DNA from: an uncultured bacterium
GTDB lineage: Bacteria > Babelota > Babeliae > Babelales > Babelaceae
Direction: 5' to 3'
Assembly (NCBI GenBank): GCA_963713855.1
Contig: OY970209.1
Coordinates: forward strand, 896,001-960,000
DNA length: 64,000 nt
The position numbers and the translations under genes were made by a program. Below, in pieces: positions 9,411 through 18,993 of this stretch. The notes beneath the pieces are model-generated. The model worked only from the letters and a program-made list of their open reading frames with translations. It ran no database searches and had not been told where the DNA came from. Position 1 is the stretch's first letter, and each line of letters begins with the position of its first letter.

Positions 9411-10043
9411 ATGAAGAAGTTTGCATTTTTAGCTTGTCTTTTAGTTACTTATCTTGTTAAAGGCGAAGGATTTATTGCTGGAACGCTTGTAAAAACTGTG
9501 GATGGTTATCGACCGATAGAGGAAATAAAAGTAGGAGCTTCGGTTACCAGTCTTAATTTCGAGGGTTCTTGCGGTAAGTTTAGCTTTTTTCAATCAGATA
9601 TTGAAGGCGAAGTGACCAATGTGTACGCGAGAGAGGTCGATAGACTTATTAAAATCACTGTCGATAATCAAACGATAGTTGTGGCGGCAGATCAGAAATT
9701 TTTTCTTCCCCTAAATCTGCATAAGCCCTGGATAGAAGCAAGTGAGTTGCGTCCAGGCCACATGGTCTTGAAAAACTGCACAGACTTAGCTCCTGTTACT
9801 AGCATAGAAATAAGTGAAGCTAAAAGTACTGTCTACAGTATTTCAGTAAAAAATTATCCTAATTTCAGCGTATCCTTACTCGATATACAAGTGCACAATC
9901 ATGATCAAGAGATGTCTGACTACGATGTAGAGTATGATTCATCCGATGATAGTCGCTCTTTGTTTAGCTTTCTAGCTGCTATGGTGCTTTCATTCATTGT
10001 GGTACGTTTAATGGCTGAGGAAGAACGAGTTTGCCAGTGGTAA
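9411..10043 (+). CDS. Secreted Hint (intein-like, pretoxin-HINT type) domain protein with C-terminal TM peptide
   Basis: Signal peptide; block A-like GFIAGTLVKTVDGYRPIEEIKVG; WIEASELRPG; terminal VYSISV...NFSV...QVHN. Confidence 0.85.
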   Translation: MKKFAFLACLLVTYLVKGEGFIAGTLVKTVDGYRPIEEIKVGASVTSLNFEGSCGKFSFFQSDIEGEVTNVYAREVDRLIKITVDNQTIVVAADQKFFLPLNLHKPWIEASELRPGHMVLKNCTDLAPVTSIEISEAKSTVYSISVKNYPNFSVSLLDIQVHNHDQEMSDYDVEYDSSDDSRSLFSFLAAMVLSFIVVRLMAEEERVCQW

Positions 10044-10297
10044 TGTGCAGCTTAAAAGTGTAAAGCAGGTTGCCAATTTGGGTAAAGATTGGTCGCTTTT
10101 ATAATGTCGCCATTCGTATAAAGTTAACGCTTAACGTTATCCAGCTTAAAATAAATAAACAGTTCTCTTTTTCAAAGATGAAAAATAGAAATACCGGCTC
10201 TCAAGCAATGCTTGTCAATATTCTCGCTTTACCACACATTCTAAGATCGAATCGGTCAATCGTGCTTCTCTGACCGATCATTACCGGATGAGGCATA

Positions 10298-10327
10298 TTG
10301 ACATATATAAATTATATTTTATATACT
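10298..10327 (+). promoter_or_regulatory. sigma70-type promoter of Sel1/TPR paralogue 1
   Basis: TTGACA-18nt-TATACT. Confidence 0.55.
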
Positions 10328-10368
10328 GATAAATAATATTTTCAGTTTTGATAATTTGAGGTGCTCGG

Positions 10369-11124
10369 ATGTCGATAGTTGTATGGTTATTTCTGATGAC
10401 GAGTTTTTGTTCCATTTTTTCAATAAGCGGGAAAGTACTTGAGCGCATGTCGCCCGAGTGGGTTGCCGAAGAATGCCGTCAAATTGCGCACTTAGATACG
10501 AAAGAGAAATATGACTATAGTTTTCCTGTAGCTGAATGCCGTTCATATTTGACTCCGGAGCTTTTGCCAAGTGTTTATGGATCTGAAAAACCTGAAGAAA
10601 TAATGCAGTGGGCCCTAACTGCATTGTCTGTTAGCAATTATGACAGGTCCGAGAAACACCTTGAAGAACTGGTTAATTTAAACTATACGCGAGCTTTCTT
10701 CTATTTAGCCTGGTTATATCAAAAAAAGGACCAGCTAGATGCTGCTAAATTTTTATATCGGAAGGCTATTGAGAGAGCGCAAAGTGGTTATGCCTATAAT
10801 AATCTTGGCACTCTCTATGCCATTGAGGGTGACTATGAAAAAGCTAAATCTTATTGGAAAGAAGCATCAAAGATGGGCATTCGAGAAGCTTCTAGAAATC
10901 TACAATTACTAGAGCTCACAATGCGTGATATCCTGGCTAACAAAATAGTTACTGTCGTGCTGCAGTTTTTACCAATTGTACCGATAATTATCGTGGGTTT
11001 TGCCGCGTATCTGTCAAACAAGCGCGTTTTGCCTCGATCTCAGCGACTTCTCAACGCTTTCATTCTATTCTCTGCTCTATATACCTTACGAAGTTTTATG
11101 ACATCGGAGTCTCACACGGAATAA
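10369..11124 (+). CDS. Sel1/TPR-repeat protein, signal peptide plus 2 C-terminal TM helices (paralogue 1)
   Basis: AFFYLAWLY, AYNNLGTLY, KAKSYWKEA. Confidence 0.8.
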   Translation: MSIVVWLFLMTSFCSIFSISGKVLERMSPEWVAEECRQIAHLDTKEKYDYSFPVAECRSYLTPELLPSVYGSEKPEEIMQWALTALSVSNYDRSEKHLEELVNLNYTRAFFYLAWLYQKKDQLDAAKFLYRKAIERAQSGYAYNNLGTLYAIEGDYEKAKSYWKEASKMGIREASRNLQLLELTMRDILANKIVTVVLQFLPIVPIIIVGFAAYLSNKRVLPRSQRLLNAFILFSALYTLRSFMTSESHTE

Positions 11125-11127
11125 TTA

Positions 11128-11288
11128 GGTGTTTTAGAGGCTTTTTTTAGTTCTTCTCGTTTGTCACTCTATAACTTTTTGACAAAGTGAGTTGTGTGCT
11201 CTGAAAGAAAGCAGAAAATATAGAGTGCAATTTCAATTGCTGAGATGTTCACATTATCTCCGTTTATAATGGGCCTATGACTGTTCAT
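11128..11288 (-). pseudogene. Relic of the 3' region of the 13066-15456 metalloprotease gene
   Basis: Minus strand reads MNSHRP-IINGDNVNISAIEIALYIFCFLSEHTT vs MNTHRPLIISGDNENISAIEIALYILGFLSEHTT. Confidence 0.85.
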
Positions 11289-11298
11289 AGCGTATCTA

Positions 11299-11327
11299 TT
11301 GACGCCATTAATACTAATCAATATAAT
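11299..11327 (+). promoter_or_regulatory. sigma70-type promoter of Sel1/TPR paralogue 2
   Basis: TTGACG-17nt-TATAAT. Confidence 0.6.
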
Positions 11328-11364
11328 TGATAATATTACAGATATTAATATTAAAGGGAATTTG

Positions 11365-12111
11365 ATGCGATCAAAGTGGTTATTCGTCGTGGTTATGGGT
11401 GTTTACGGTACACTTCTCATAAGCCAAGAAAGTGATATTGAGCGTACTGTAAAAGACTGCCATCAGGTTTTAGTTCCAAATCCGAACGAAGAAAAAGGAA
11501 TTAGATACTTGAAGGATTATTCTATCAAAATGAATGCAGAGGGTTTTGTTCAGGAAGAATCAACATATACAGAAAATGATTTTTTGTGCCAAGAAAAAAC
11601 AACTTACAAACCGGATCAAAAATTGGAATGTGCCTTGCGATTGATGGGTCAAAGCGACCTTACGTCTGCAGAAATTATACTACAGAAATTAGTAGACTTA
11701 GAATATGAGCCTGCTTATTTTCATCTTGGTTTTCTTTATCACAAAAAAAACGAAATCGAAAAAGCAGTTAAATATTATCAATTGGCGGCAGAAAAGAATA
11801 ACGCAAACGCTTATCTTCAACTCGGCGGAATATATATTGCCGAGTACAAATTTCTAGAAGCTAGAGACAATTGGCAGCTGGCCGCCAATTTGGGGAGTGT
11901 AGAAGCGCAAGAAAGATTAAGCGCCCTTACATTGTTTGCAGTTTTAGTAGCTTCAGCGGCAGGTGATACGATAATGCTGGTTTACCTTTTGATGAAAGAA
12001 TTGAACGAGTTTTGGCGCTTAACTGATTTGGCTGGCATATTAATATTTGTCACCACCGTGTGTGCCTTAAAAGGCATGAGGACTTTAGCTCCCAACATGA
12101 CTGACAGTTAA
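11365..12111 (+). CDS. Sel1/TPR-repeat protein, signal peptide plus 2 C-terminal TM helices (paralogue 2)
   Basis: AYFHLGFLY, KAVKYYQLAAEKNNANAYLQLG. ATG at 11365 follows AAGGGA; the ORF-track start 11299 lies in the promoter. Confidence 0.8.
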   Translation: MRSKWLFVVVMGVYGTLLISQESDIERTVKDCHQVLVPNPNEEKGIRYLKDYSIKMNAEGFVQEESTYTENDFLCQEKTTYKPDQKLECALRLMGQSDLTSAEIILQKLVDLEYEPAYFHLGFLYHKKNEIEKAVKYYQLAAEKNNANAYLQLGGIYIAEYKFLEARDNWQLAANLGSVEAQERLSALTLFAVLVASAAGDTIMLVYLLMKELNEFWRLTDLAGILIFVTTVCALKGMRTLAPNMTDS

Positions 12112-12127
12112 CTATTTTTTGGTGTTA

Positions 12128-12222
12128 CTTTTTTTAGCGTTTGTGAGCATGAGTGCATAACGCTTTTCTTACATCACGAGCCCGTTGACTCACTTCTGAT
12201 GAGCTTGCATGCTGCTTGCGCT
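12128..12222 (-). pseudogene. Second relic of the extreme 3' end of the 13066-15456 gene
   Basis: Minus strand reads SQRARDVRKALCTHAHKR* vs SQGARDVRKSLYTHAHKN*. Confidence 0.8.
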
Positions 12223-12268
12223 AGTCTATCGGGCCATCGTTCGAATATATCGCGATCTGAGTCTATTG

Positions 12269-12298
12269 TTGACTCTTTAAAATTTAAAATTATATAAT
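12269..12298 (+). promoter_or_regulatory. sigma70-type promoter of Sel1/TPR paralogue 3
   Basis: TTGACT-18nt-TATAAT. Confidence 0.6.
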
Positions 12299-12340
12299 AA
12301 AAATAATATTGTCAGATTTAGCTTGATTTAAGGAAAGAAT

Positions 12341-13057
12341 ATGCGTAGCTTTGTTTGGACTTTCTTTTTAATCTCAATGTGTAATACAGTCACAGTGCAG
12401 TCTGATGAGCAGCAGGCAAAAGCTCAAGAGACGTATATGGATAGTTTTCCAGAAGCTGAGTATCGTTACTATCTTAATCTTCCTTTACAAAGTGCTGATG
12501 CGTACGAAAGCCCAGAAGATTTAATGCATCGGGCTGCGATTATGATGTTGATTGATAAATATGCCACCGCAGAAATGTATCTTGAAGCTCTGATCAAAAT
12601 AAATTTTAAACCAGCTTTCTTTTATTTAGCTTACTTATACCACATGATGAACCAGCTAGAAAAAGCAAAATTTTTTTATTTGAAGGCTATAGAAAGAGCA
12701 AAAAGCGCTGATGCGTACAATAATCTTGGCTATATATATGCTCTTGAAGGGGATTTTAAAAAAAGTCATGAGTATTTGCAAGAAGCGGCAAAGAGTGGAA
12801 TTCAAAAAGCAATGCATAATCTAGAGCTCCTTGATAAAATTACAAAACAAAGAGAAAGTGATGAGCGCTATCGAATTTTGCAAATCTTACCAGTAATCGC
12901 ATTTGCAGCAGCTACGTTGGGACTTTTCAGATTTATGCCAGTCCCTCCTGGCCAAGTAAGCATTCCTCCCCTGCTTTTGCTTTTGACGCTTGCGACTTTA
13001 ACTTATGCCTTAAAAATGTATGCCAATTTCGAGGGATTTGAACGCGGTGTATTTTAG
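12341..13057 (+). CDS. Sel1/TPR-repeat protein, signal peptide plus 2 C-terminal TM helices (paralogue 3)
   Basis: AFFYLAYLY, AYNNLGYIYALEGD; closely related to paralogue 1. Confidence 0.8.
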   Translation: MRSFVWTFFLISMCNTVTVQSDEQQAKAQETYMDSFPEAEYRYYLNLPLQSADAYESPEDLMHRAAIMMLIDKYATAEMYLEALIKINFKPAFFYLAYLYHMMNQLEKAKFFYLKAIERAKSADAYNNLGYIYALEGDFKKSHEYLQEAAKSGIQKAMHNLELLDKITKQRESDERYRILQILPVIAFAAATLGLFRFMPVPPGQVSIPPLLLLLTLATLTYALKMYANFEGFERGVF

Positions 13058-13065
13058 GGCGTTTT

Positions 13066-15456
13066 TTAATTCTTATGAGCATGCGTGTATAGCGATTTTC
13101 TTACATCACGCGCACCTTGGCTCAGCCTTTGATGAGCTTCCACATGTGCTTGAAAGTGTTTCATTGGATGAGTTTCTTTTGAAGGGTAGCAGTAGCCTTT
13201 TGATTGCCAGTCTACAACTTCTTGATAAAGGTCAGTTGTGTGTTCTGAAAGAAATCCCAAAATATAGAGTGCAATTTCGATTGCTGAAATGTTTTCGTTA
13301 TCTCCGCTTATAATAAGAGGCCTATGAGTATTCATTCCTGAAGCCATGAATGAAGCAGCTGTAAGCAGAGCGTGCGTGCCTCTTTGACGCCATAGGTTTT
13401 CTAAAGCATACAGAATTGTTTTTTGCTCCAAAGAACGCGTTATCTGCATCAGTAGTCCTGTAGTCGCATCAGATGAAGAGGTTAAGTATAATGAGGTGGC
13501 ATTGTTTGCGAGCGCTGCCTGTGCTTCAGGTAGTGCAAGTTTCTGAGCTATCAAAGCGCCCAGCTTGGTTGTAGCAAGTTTTTGTAGCTCATTTAAACCT
13601 AGGGTAAAATAACGCGCTGTTTTTTGGATAGATTCCTGATACATAGGCGAATTGACCGCATTTTTATAAAGGTCAGGAACGAGAAAGACGTGCCCAATTT
13701 TGACGTCAGTGTTATCTTCTAATATTCCAAGCTGCGTGTATAGTCCCATGAGGTATATATCTAAATCATCGTGATTTTCAATAATGAGCCCTTTTTGGTT
13801 TTTCCCTTTAATCTCAAAAAATCCGGCAGTGTGGAGCTCTTCTTTTGTTTTACCTGCTATGAAGGAAAGAGCCGATTTGAGCTGCAAAGCACGCGCACTA
13901 TCCCATATCAATTTTTCTTCCAAAGGAGTCGGAAGATTTGCTTTAAGCGTCTCGAGAATGTGAAGATACTCAGTCTCCTTTTTTACCTCTTTCAGCCAGC
14001 GAAGATCAAAATGAGTTTTAGTGGTTCCAAGAAGATTTTTGAGAGCCTTGTAATAATAATGAGCTTTTTCTTTATCGCTAAGCGTTTCAATTTTGTCTAA
14101 GAGGTATAAAATACGTTCGGTAAACGTTTTGTCATACGTATCCATCGCGATTTGTTTTTCCCAGAGGATCATCATGCTTGGGCTATAGAAAGCTCTTCTG
14201 ACATCTTTAGCACCGGGTAACAGCTTTACTTGGGTGTAATTAAGGCTATGAATCGTTTCAATGGGAAGACAACGAGCCAGTTGCTCCCATTCTCTTAGCT
14301 TAGCGGATAAATCGGGTATGTGTTCTGCCAAAAAACCTAGTCCGTAAAGTGCTCGTTCTGTATCGGAAGGATGTGGGTCATATTCTACTGCAATGGTGTA
14401 CGTCAAAGCAGGGTCGTTCCAGAGCGCCTCTAAGGTATCGACTGTTTTTCTTAGAAGATGTAAAGCGTAATGCTGAATATAACGAAATGCTGTACTCAGC
14501 TCCCCATTTTCTAATAACGTCTTCAAGCAAAAAAGATCGGCAAGTTCCTCCAGCTTTCTTGAATAGACAATTTGCGTAGCGTCCTCATCATCGGTGAAAG
14601 ATTCCCAAAGCCTGCCCTTTTCTTTAAGCGCTTTTTGACACTTATCTAGAGCGAGTTCTTGCGATAGAGCATCACCGATATGCGTTTTTTTAAGGCTGGG
14701 TAATAAACTCATCCCTCTTTGCAAATACTTATGCATAAGTGCCTTATGAACATCGTCTGCGTTAGGCGAAGCGAGTTCGTAGTTGATACCATTTTTGCCA
14801 TTGTATAAGCCAAGCGAATACGCTTTAAGAAGATCGTTATTTTTAAAATGACCAAGCTCGTGGTAGACGATTGCTTGCCAGAGCTCTTTGTCAGGATCTG
14901 AAGAAAAAATGAGTGCAGGCCTCACCGTCATGCTTCCCGGCGTGTTGTGAATCATGACCTCGGATTCGCGAAAATCCTCTTGCCCGCGCCGGGCACTATC
15001 GCTTGCGGCTATTAAAAGAGGCATATCAAGACCCACCGTGTTCATTGAGTCTTGAAGTAGGCTTATTTGAGTAGGTGAAGGTATTTTGTAAGACCCGCCA
15101 TCAATCCATTCAAAAAGCGCAGCCTCGTCATAAACTTCTTGCAGCCATGCGTGATCAATATCTTTAGAACATGATGCAGGTGTACGTCCAAGTAGTTCGC
15201 GTGCGTGGTTATAAAAATATAAAGCAGGAATCGAATCAGACTGTTTTTGATTAAAGTCGTAAGCTTTTGAAGAACAATAGGCGACCGCATACATAAATCG
15301 CGAGGTCAAATGCTCCTTAAGCTCTTTATCGAGTACAGCTATTTCTTTTCTTCCCTTTAGTTGGCTAAAATCCCTAGCGGCTAAGTCGGACAGATTAATT
15401 TCTGCTTGTATCGTGCTTTTAAGGAGTGTAAGGAAGAGAACACAGCCAACTTTCAT
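13066..15456 (-). CDS. Secreted M48-like zinc metalloprotease with an internally duplicated, degenerate second module (ORF track start 15534)
   Basis: Signal peptide MKVGCVLFLTLLKSTIQA; HELGH; downstream EELAD and HPSDTER motifs typical of M48; second half repeats the first. Confidence 0.7.
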   Translation of the reverse strand: MKVGCVLFLTLLKSTIQAEINLSDLAARDFSQLKGRKEIAVLDKELKEHLTSRFMYAVAYCSSKAYDFNQKQSDSIPALYFYNHARELLGRTPASCSKDIDHAWLQEVYDEAALFEWIDGGSYKIPSPTQISLLQDSMNTVGLDMPLLIAASDSARRGQEDFRESEVMIHNTPGSMTVRPALIFSSDPDKELWQAIVYHELGHFKNNDLLKAYSLGLYNGKNGINYELASPNADDVHKALMHKYLQRGMSLLPSLKKTHIGDALSQELALDKCQKALKEKGRLWESFTDDEDATQIVYSRKLEELADLFCLKTLLENGELSTAFRYIQHYALHLLRKTVDTLEALWNDPALTYTIAVEYDPHPSDTERALYGLGFLAEHIPDLSAKLREWEQLARCLPIETIHSLNYTQVKLLPGAKDVRRAFYSPSMMILWEKQIAMDTYDKTFTERILYLLDKIETLSDKEKAHYYYKALKNLLGTTKTHFDLRWLKEVKKETEYLHILETLKANLPTPLEEKLIWDSARALQLKSALSFIAGKTKEELHTAGFFEIKGKNQKGLIIENHDDLDIYLMGLYTQLGILEDNTDVKIGHVFLVPDLYKNAVNSPMYQESIQKTARYFTLGLNELQKLATTKLGALIAQKLALPEAQAALANNATSLYLTSSSDATTGLLMQITRSLEQKTILYALENLWRQRGTHALLTAASFMASGMNTHRPLIISGDNENISAIEIALYILGFLSEHTTDLYQEVVDWQSKGYCYPSKETHPMKHFQAHVEAHQRLSQGARDVRKSLYTHAHKN

Positions 15457-15596
15457 GTGAAAAACACGCGCTATTTTCGACATTATTAAACTTTCACACC
15501 ATTCTTTATTTTCATACTTTGAATCATATAGCAATGTATATAATAGTCAATTTTTAGAAATATTTTGAGCGCATAAAGCATTTGGGTAGTTGAGCT

Positions 15597-16520
15597 TTAG
15601 CTCGTGGTAGAAGTTCTTAAGAGTTGCTGCTTTTTGAAAGCTTCGTACAAATCCTTATAAAAATAGATGCTTAGTCCGCTTAAGACAATCACTGCGGCTA
15701 TTACCGCATTTATCGTAGGTGTTTCGTTGAGTAAAACCCAGCTGTAGCCTGCTGCAAAAAAAGGAGATAAGAAGCTTGTCAGAGTCATAGCAGTCGGGGT
15801 ATACCTCTTTAATAAGAATGCTTGCAAATTTGCACATACTACATTACTTAAAAGAATATTGAGGACTAAAAGTCCGGCGAAAAACACAAAATCGCCTTTA
15901 AGCCAAACAGGTTCAGCGACAACGGCCGCGTTGCACGTAAAAACGCCACCGATAAACATACTTAATCCATTGGCAAGTACTGGGCAACAGTTTGTGTAAC
16001 GTACCAATTTTTGCATAATAAGGAGACTATAACTAAAAGAAGCAACAGCAACAAGCATCACAAAGTCATGTATGCTAAAGTGCGTCAATAAGCTGCTTAT
16101 GCTGCCTCCGTCTTTAGCCAAAAAGAGCGGTAATAGTCCGGTAAATCCTATTATTAGTCCGAAAATCTGCATGTAACTTAAGCGCTCGCGAACAAGAAAA
16201 TAGGCAAAAAGTGCCGAAAAGAACGGGCTAAAGTTAAAAAGAAGCGCAGCCTTGACCGTTGGTAAGTGCTGTAAAGCTACAGCCCTTGCTACATGTGTGC
16301 CAACAACGCCAAAGAGGGCAAACTGTCCAATCAAAATCCAATCTTGAAGGCCAAGTTTTTGTGCACGTGATCCTTGTACGTGAGCGTACGTCCAAATGCC
16401 GATACCAGCAAGAAGCATACGTGTTCCTACAAGAAAGACGGGCGAGGCGTACGTAAGCATTATTTTGCTTAGCGTGATGGTAAACCCTAAGATCGCATAG
16501 AGTACAATGAGCAACATCAT
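15597..16520 (-). CDS. DMT/EamA family transporter
   Basis: About 10 TM helices, duplicated EamA pattern (SPFFSALFAYFLVRER; SPFFAAGYSWVLLNE). Confidence 0.88.
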   Translation of the reverse strand: MMLLIVLYAILGFTITLSKIMLTYASPVFLVGTRMLLAGIGIWTYAHVQGSRAQKLGLQDWILIGQFALFGVVGTHVARAVALQHLPTVKAALLFNFSPFFSALFAYFLVRERLSYMQIFGLIIGFTGLLPLFLAKDGGSISSLLTHFSIHDFVMLVAVASFSYSLLIMQKLVRYTNCCPVLANGLSMFIGGVFTCNAAVVAEPVWLKGDFVFFAGLLVLNILLSNVVCANLQAFLLKRYTPTAMTLTSFLSPFFAAGYSWVLLNETPTINAVIAAVIVLSGLSIYFYKDLYEAFKKQQLLRTSTTS

Positions 16521-16560
16521 AAGGTATTTGTCTCTCTCATAGCTTTTCCCTGTTTTTTAG

Positions 16561-18993
16561 TCAACTTCGTCGTCTAGCATTTTTTGTGTTGTTCTTCGTT
16601 CTGCCAGATTTTGCTTTATTGCCATTCTTTTCTTTAACCGGTTCTTGTATAAAAGGATTTTTTACGAATGCATAAGACATCACTTCATCCATAGTGCCAA
16701 CGTAAATGGTCGTAATATCAAGCCCAATTTCCTTCTTGATTTCTTCTACGTCATCTTTATTTTCTAGCGGAATAAGCACCGTTGTAAAGCCGTGCTGCTT
16801 TGCAGCTAAGATCTTTTCTTTAAGGCCGCCTACACCGAGAACACGCCCTCTTAAAGTAATTTCTCCTGTCATTGCAACCGACGCCTTTGTCGGGTTTCTT
16901 GTCAGGGCCGAAATAAGAGCTACGCACATAGTAATACCGGCAGAAGGTCCGTCTTTAGGTATAGCCCCTTCCGGAATATGTACGTGTATGTCCGTTGATG
17001 CATAGAAATTTTCTTTAAGTCCTAATTCCGGAGCCCGCCCTCTAATATAACTTAAAGCTGCGTGTGCCGATTCTTGCATCACTTCGCCTAATTGCCCTGT
17101 CAACGTAAGGCCACCTTTTCCGGGAACAATGGTTACTTCTATTTCTAAAACATCTCCACCAACTTCAGTCCAGGCAAGTCCTGTAGCAAGCCCAACTCTG
17201 TTTTGATCCCCAGAGACAGAGCTTCTTTTGTATTTAGGATTTCCAAGCCATTCCTTGATGACTGCGTCATCAATGGTTACTGATTTGATCGCTTTATCTT
17301 TTAAAAGCTGCTGTATTGTTTTACGCATAAGCTTTGCTATGAGGCGATCGAGCTGACGCACTCCCGCTTCTCTCGTATACGAGCTAATAATTTTTGCTAG
17401 AATATCGCTTGAAAGCTTAAATTGCGTCTTTTTAAGGCTATATTCGGCCAAGTTATGGGGAATAAGAAACTGCTCAGCTATGTCGAGCTTTTCGCTTTCC
17501 GTGTATCCCGACAGAGAAATAACCTCCATCCTGTCATACAACGGGTATGGAATGCCGTCAACATGGTTGGCCGTTGCAATAAACATGACCTTAGATAGAT
17601 CGTACTCTACCTCAAGAAAATGATCGACAAAGTGCTTATTTTGCTCAGGATCAAGCACCTCCAACAGAGCTGCGGCAGGGTCACCGTGTATATCGCTTGA
17701 CATCTTATCTATCTCATCAAGCAGAATGACAGGGTTTGTGCTTGTCGCTTTGCGCATGACTTGAATAATGCGACCTGGAAGAGCGCCTATGTAGGTACGC
17801 CTATGCCCCCTGATCTCTGCTTCATCACGAATACCGCCTAAGGAAATGCGAGCAAAGTCTCTTCCAAGGCTTTCGGAAATGGAGCGTGCTAAGGAAGTTT
17901 TTCCGACGCCGGGTGGGCCGACTAAGCAAAGAATCGGGGATCGTTCGAGCTTTGAAGAAAATTTTTTAGCTGCCAAAAACTCGATAATACGTTCTTTGAC
18001 CTTTTTAAGGCCAGCGTGATTCTTGTCGAGAATCTTTTCAGCGGCATCCAAGCTAAGAGTATCTTTTGTTGTCTTGTTCCAAGGCAACGCAAGCATCCAA
18101 TCAAGGTAGTGCCTACTTATAACCGCTTCTGAAGACAAAGGAGGCATCTGCTCTAGTCTTCTAAGCTCACGATCAACCTTATCCATAGCTTCAGCAGGCA
18201 GAGACAACGTTTTTAACTTTTGTTTGATCTGGCTGATCTCATTTGACTGGTCATCGCGGCCGAGCTCCTTTTGAATGGCCTTCATCTGCTCGCTCAGGTA
18301 GTACTCTTTTTGGCTTCGCTCAACCTGGCTCTGTACGCGGCCCCTAATGCGTTCTTCAGTTTCTAAGATCTCGATCTCTTTCTGCAAGTAGGTACAAAGC
18401 TTTAAAAGGCGATTTTTAAGGTCGGCAGCCTCCAAAAGCTGCTGACGCTCATCAAAAGTAAGATTTATGTGAACGGAGAGAGTATCAGCGATGTAGTCCA
18501 TGTCCTCGCCAGTCTTCGCTGACAAAAGGAGATCTGCAGGTGCCTTGCTGTTTAGTTGGCTATAGCTTGTATAAAGTGCCTGCAGGTGGCGCCAGAGGGC
18601 GAATAGCTCGGTAGAGTCTTCCATCCCCGCCGTTGGAATATCCTCCACGCGAACAATCATAAAATCTGGGTTTGGCTCTGATTGAACCATACGTGCCCTA
18701 CTCATGCCCTCTACTAAAATCTTGAGGGCCCCCTTTGGCATGCGCATAATTTGTAAAATAGTGGAACGCGTGCCGTAGGTGAAGATGTCTTCAACGGTGG
18801 GATTTTCAATATCTGGATGCTTCTGGGCGGTGATAAAAATTGACTTGTCGCTCTTTAAAGCGAACTCTACAGCACTGATCGAGGAAGGTCTACCGACAAT
18901 AACGGGTATAATGCTACGCGGCAGGAGTACCACGTTCTTGAGGGGCAGTAGCGGCAAAAATGATGCAGAATCAAATATTTCGTTTTCAGTCAT
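16561..18993 (-). CDS. lon: Lon protease (endopeptidase La)
   Basis: LON N domain, GPPGVGKT, RGHRRTYIGALPG, catalytic PKDGPSAG...K. Confidence 0.98.
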   Translation of the reverse strand: MTENEIFDSASFLPLLPLKNVVLLPRSIIPVIVGRPSSISAVEFALKSDKSIFITAQKHPDIENPTVEDIFTYGTRSTILQIMRMPKGALKILVEGMSRARMVQSEPNPDFMIVRVEDIPTAGMEDSTELFALWRHLQALYTSYSQLNSKAPADLLLSAKTGEDMDYIADTLSVHINLTFDERQQLLEAADLKNRLLKLCTYLQKEIEILETEERIRGRVQSQVERSQKEYYLSEQMKAIQKELGRDDQSNEISQIKQKLKTLSLPAEAMDKVDRELRRLEQMPPLSSEAVISRHYLDWMLALPWNKTTKDTLSLDAAEKILDKNHAGLKKVKERIIEFLAAKKFSSKLERSPILCLVGPPGVGKTSLARSISESLGRDFARISLGGIRDEAEIRGHRRTYIGALPGRIIQVMRKATSTNPVILLDEIDKMSSDIHGDPAAALLEVLDPEQNKHFVDHFLEVEYDLSKVMFIATANHVDGIPYPLYDRMEVISLSGYTESEKLDIAEQFLIPHNLAEYSLKKTQFKLSSDILAKIISSYTREAGVRQLDRLIAKLMRKTIQQLLKDKAIKSVTIDDAVIKEWLGNPKYKRSSVSGDQNRVGLATGLAWTEVGGDVLEIEVTIVPGKGGLTLTGQLGEVMQESAHAALSYIRGRAPELGLKENFYASTDIHVHIPEGAIPKDGPSAGITMCVALISALTRNPTKASVAMTGEITLRGRVLGVGGLKEKILAAKQHGFTTVLIPLENKDDVEEIKKEIGLDITTIYVGTMDEVMSYAFVKNPFIQEPVKEKNGNKAKSGRTKNNTKNARRRS

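Noticed and set aside
9411..10043. Splicing intein in a host gene
   Set aside because: No N-terminal Cys/Ser, the +1 residue is His, and there is no host extein.
13020..14579. Plus-strand ORFs overlapping the metalloprotease gene
   Set aside because: Antisense shadows with no motifs.
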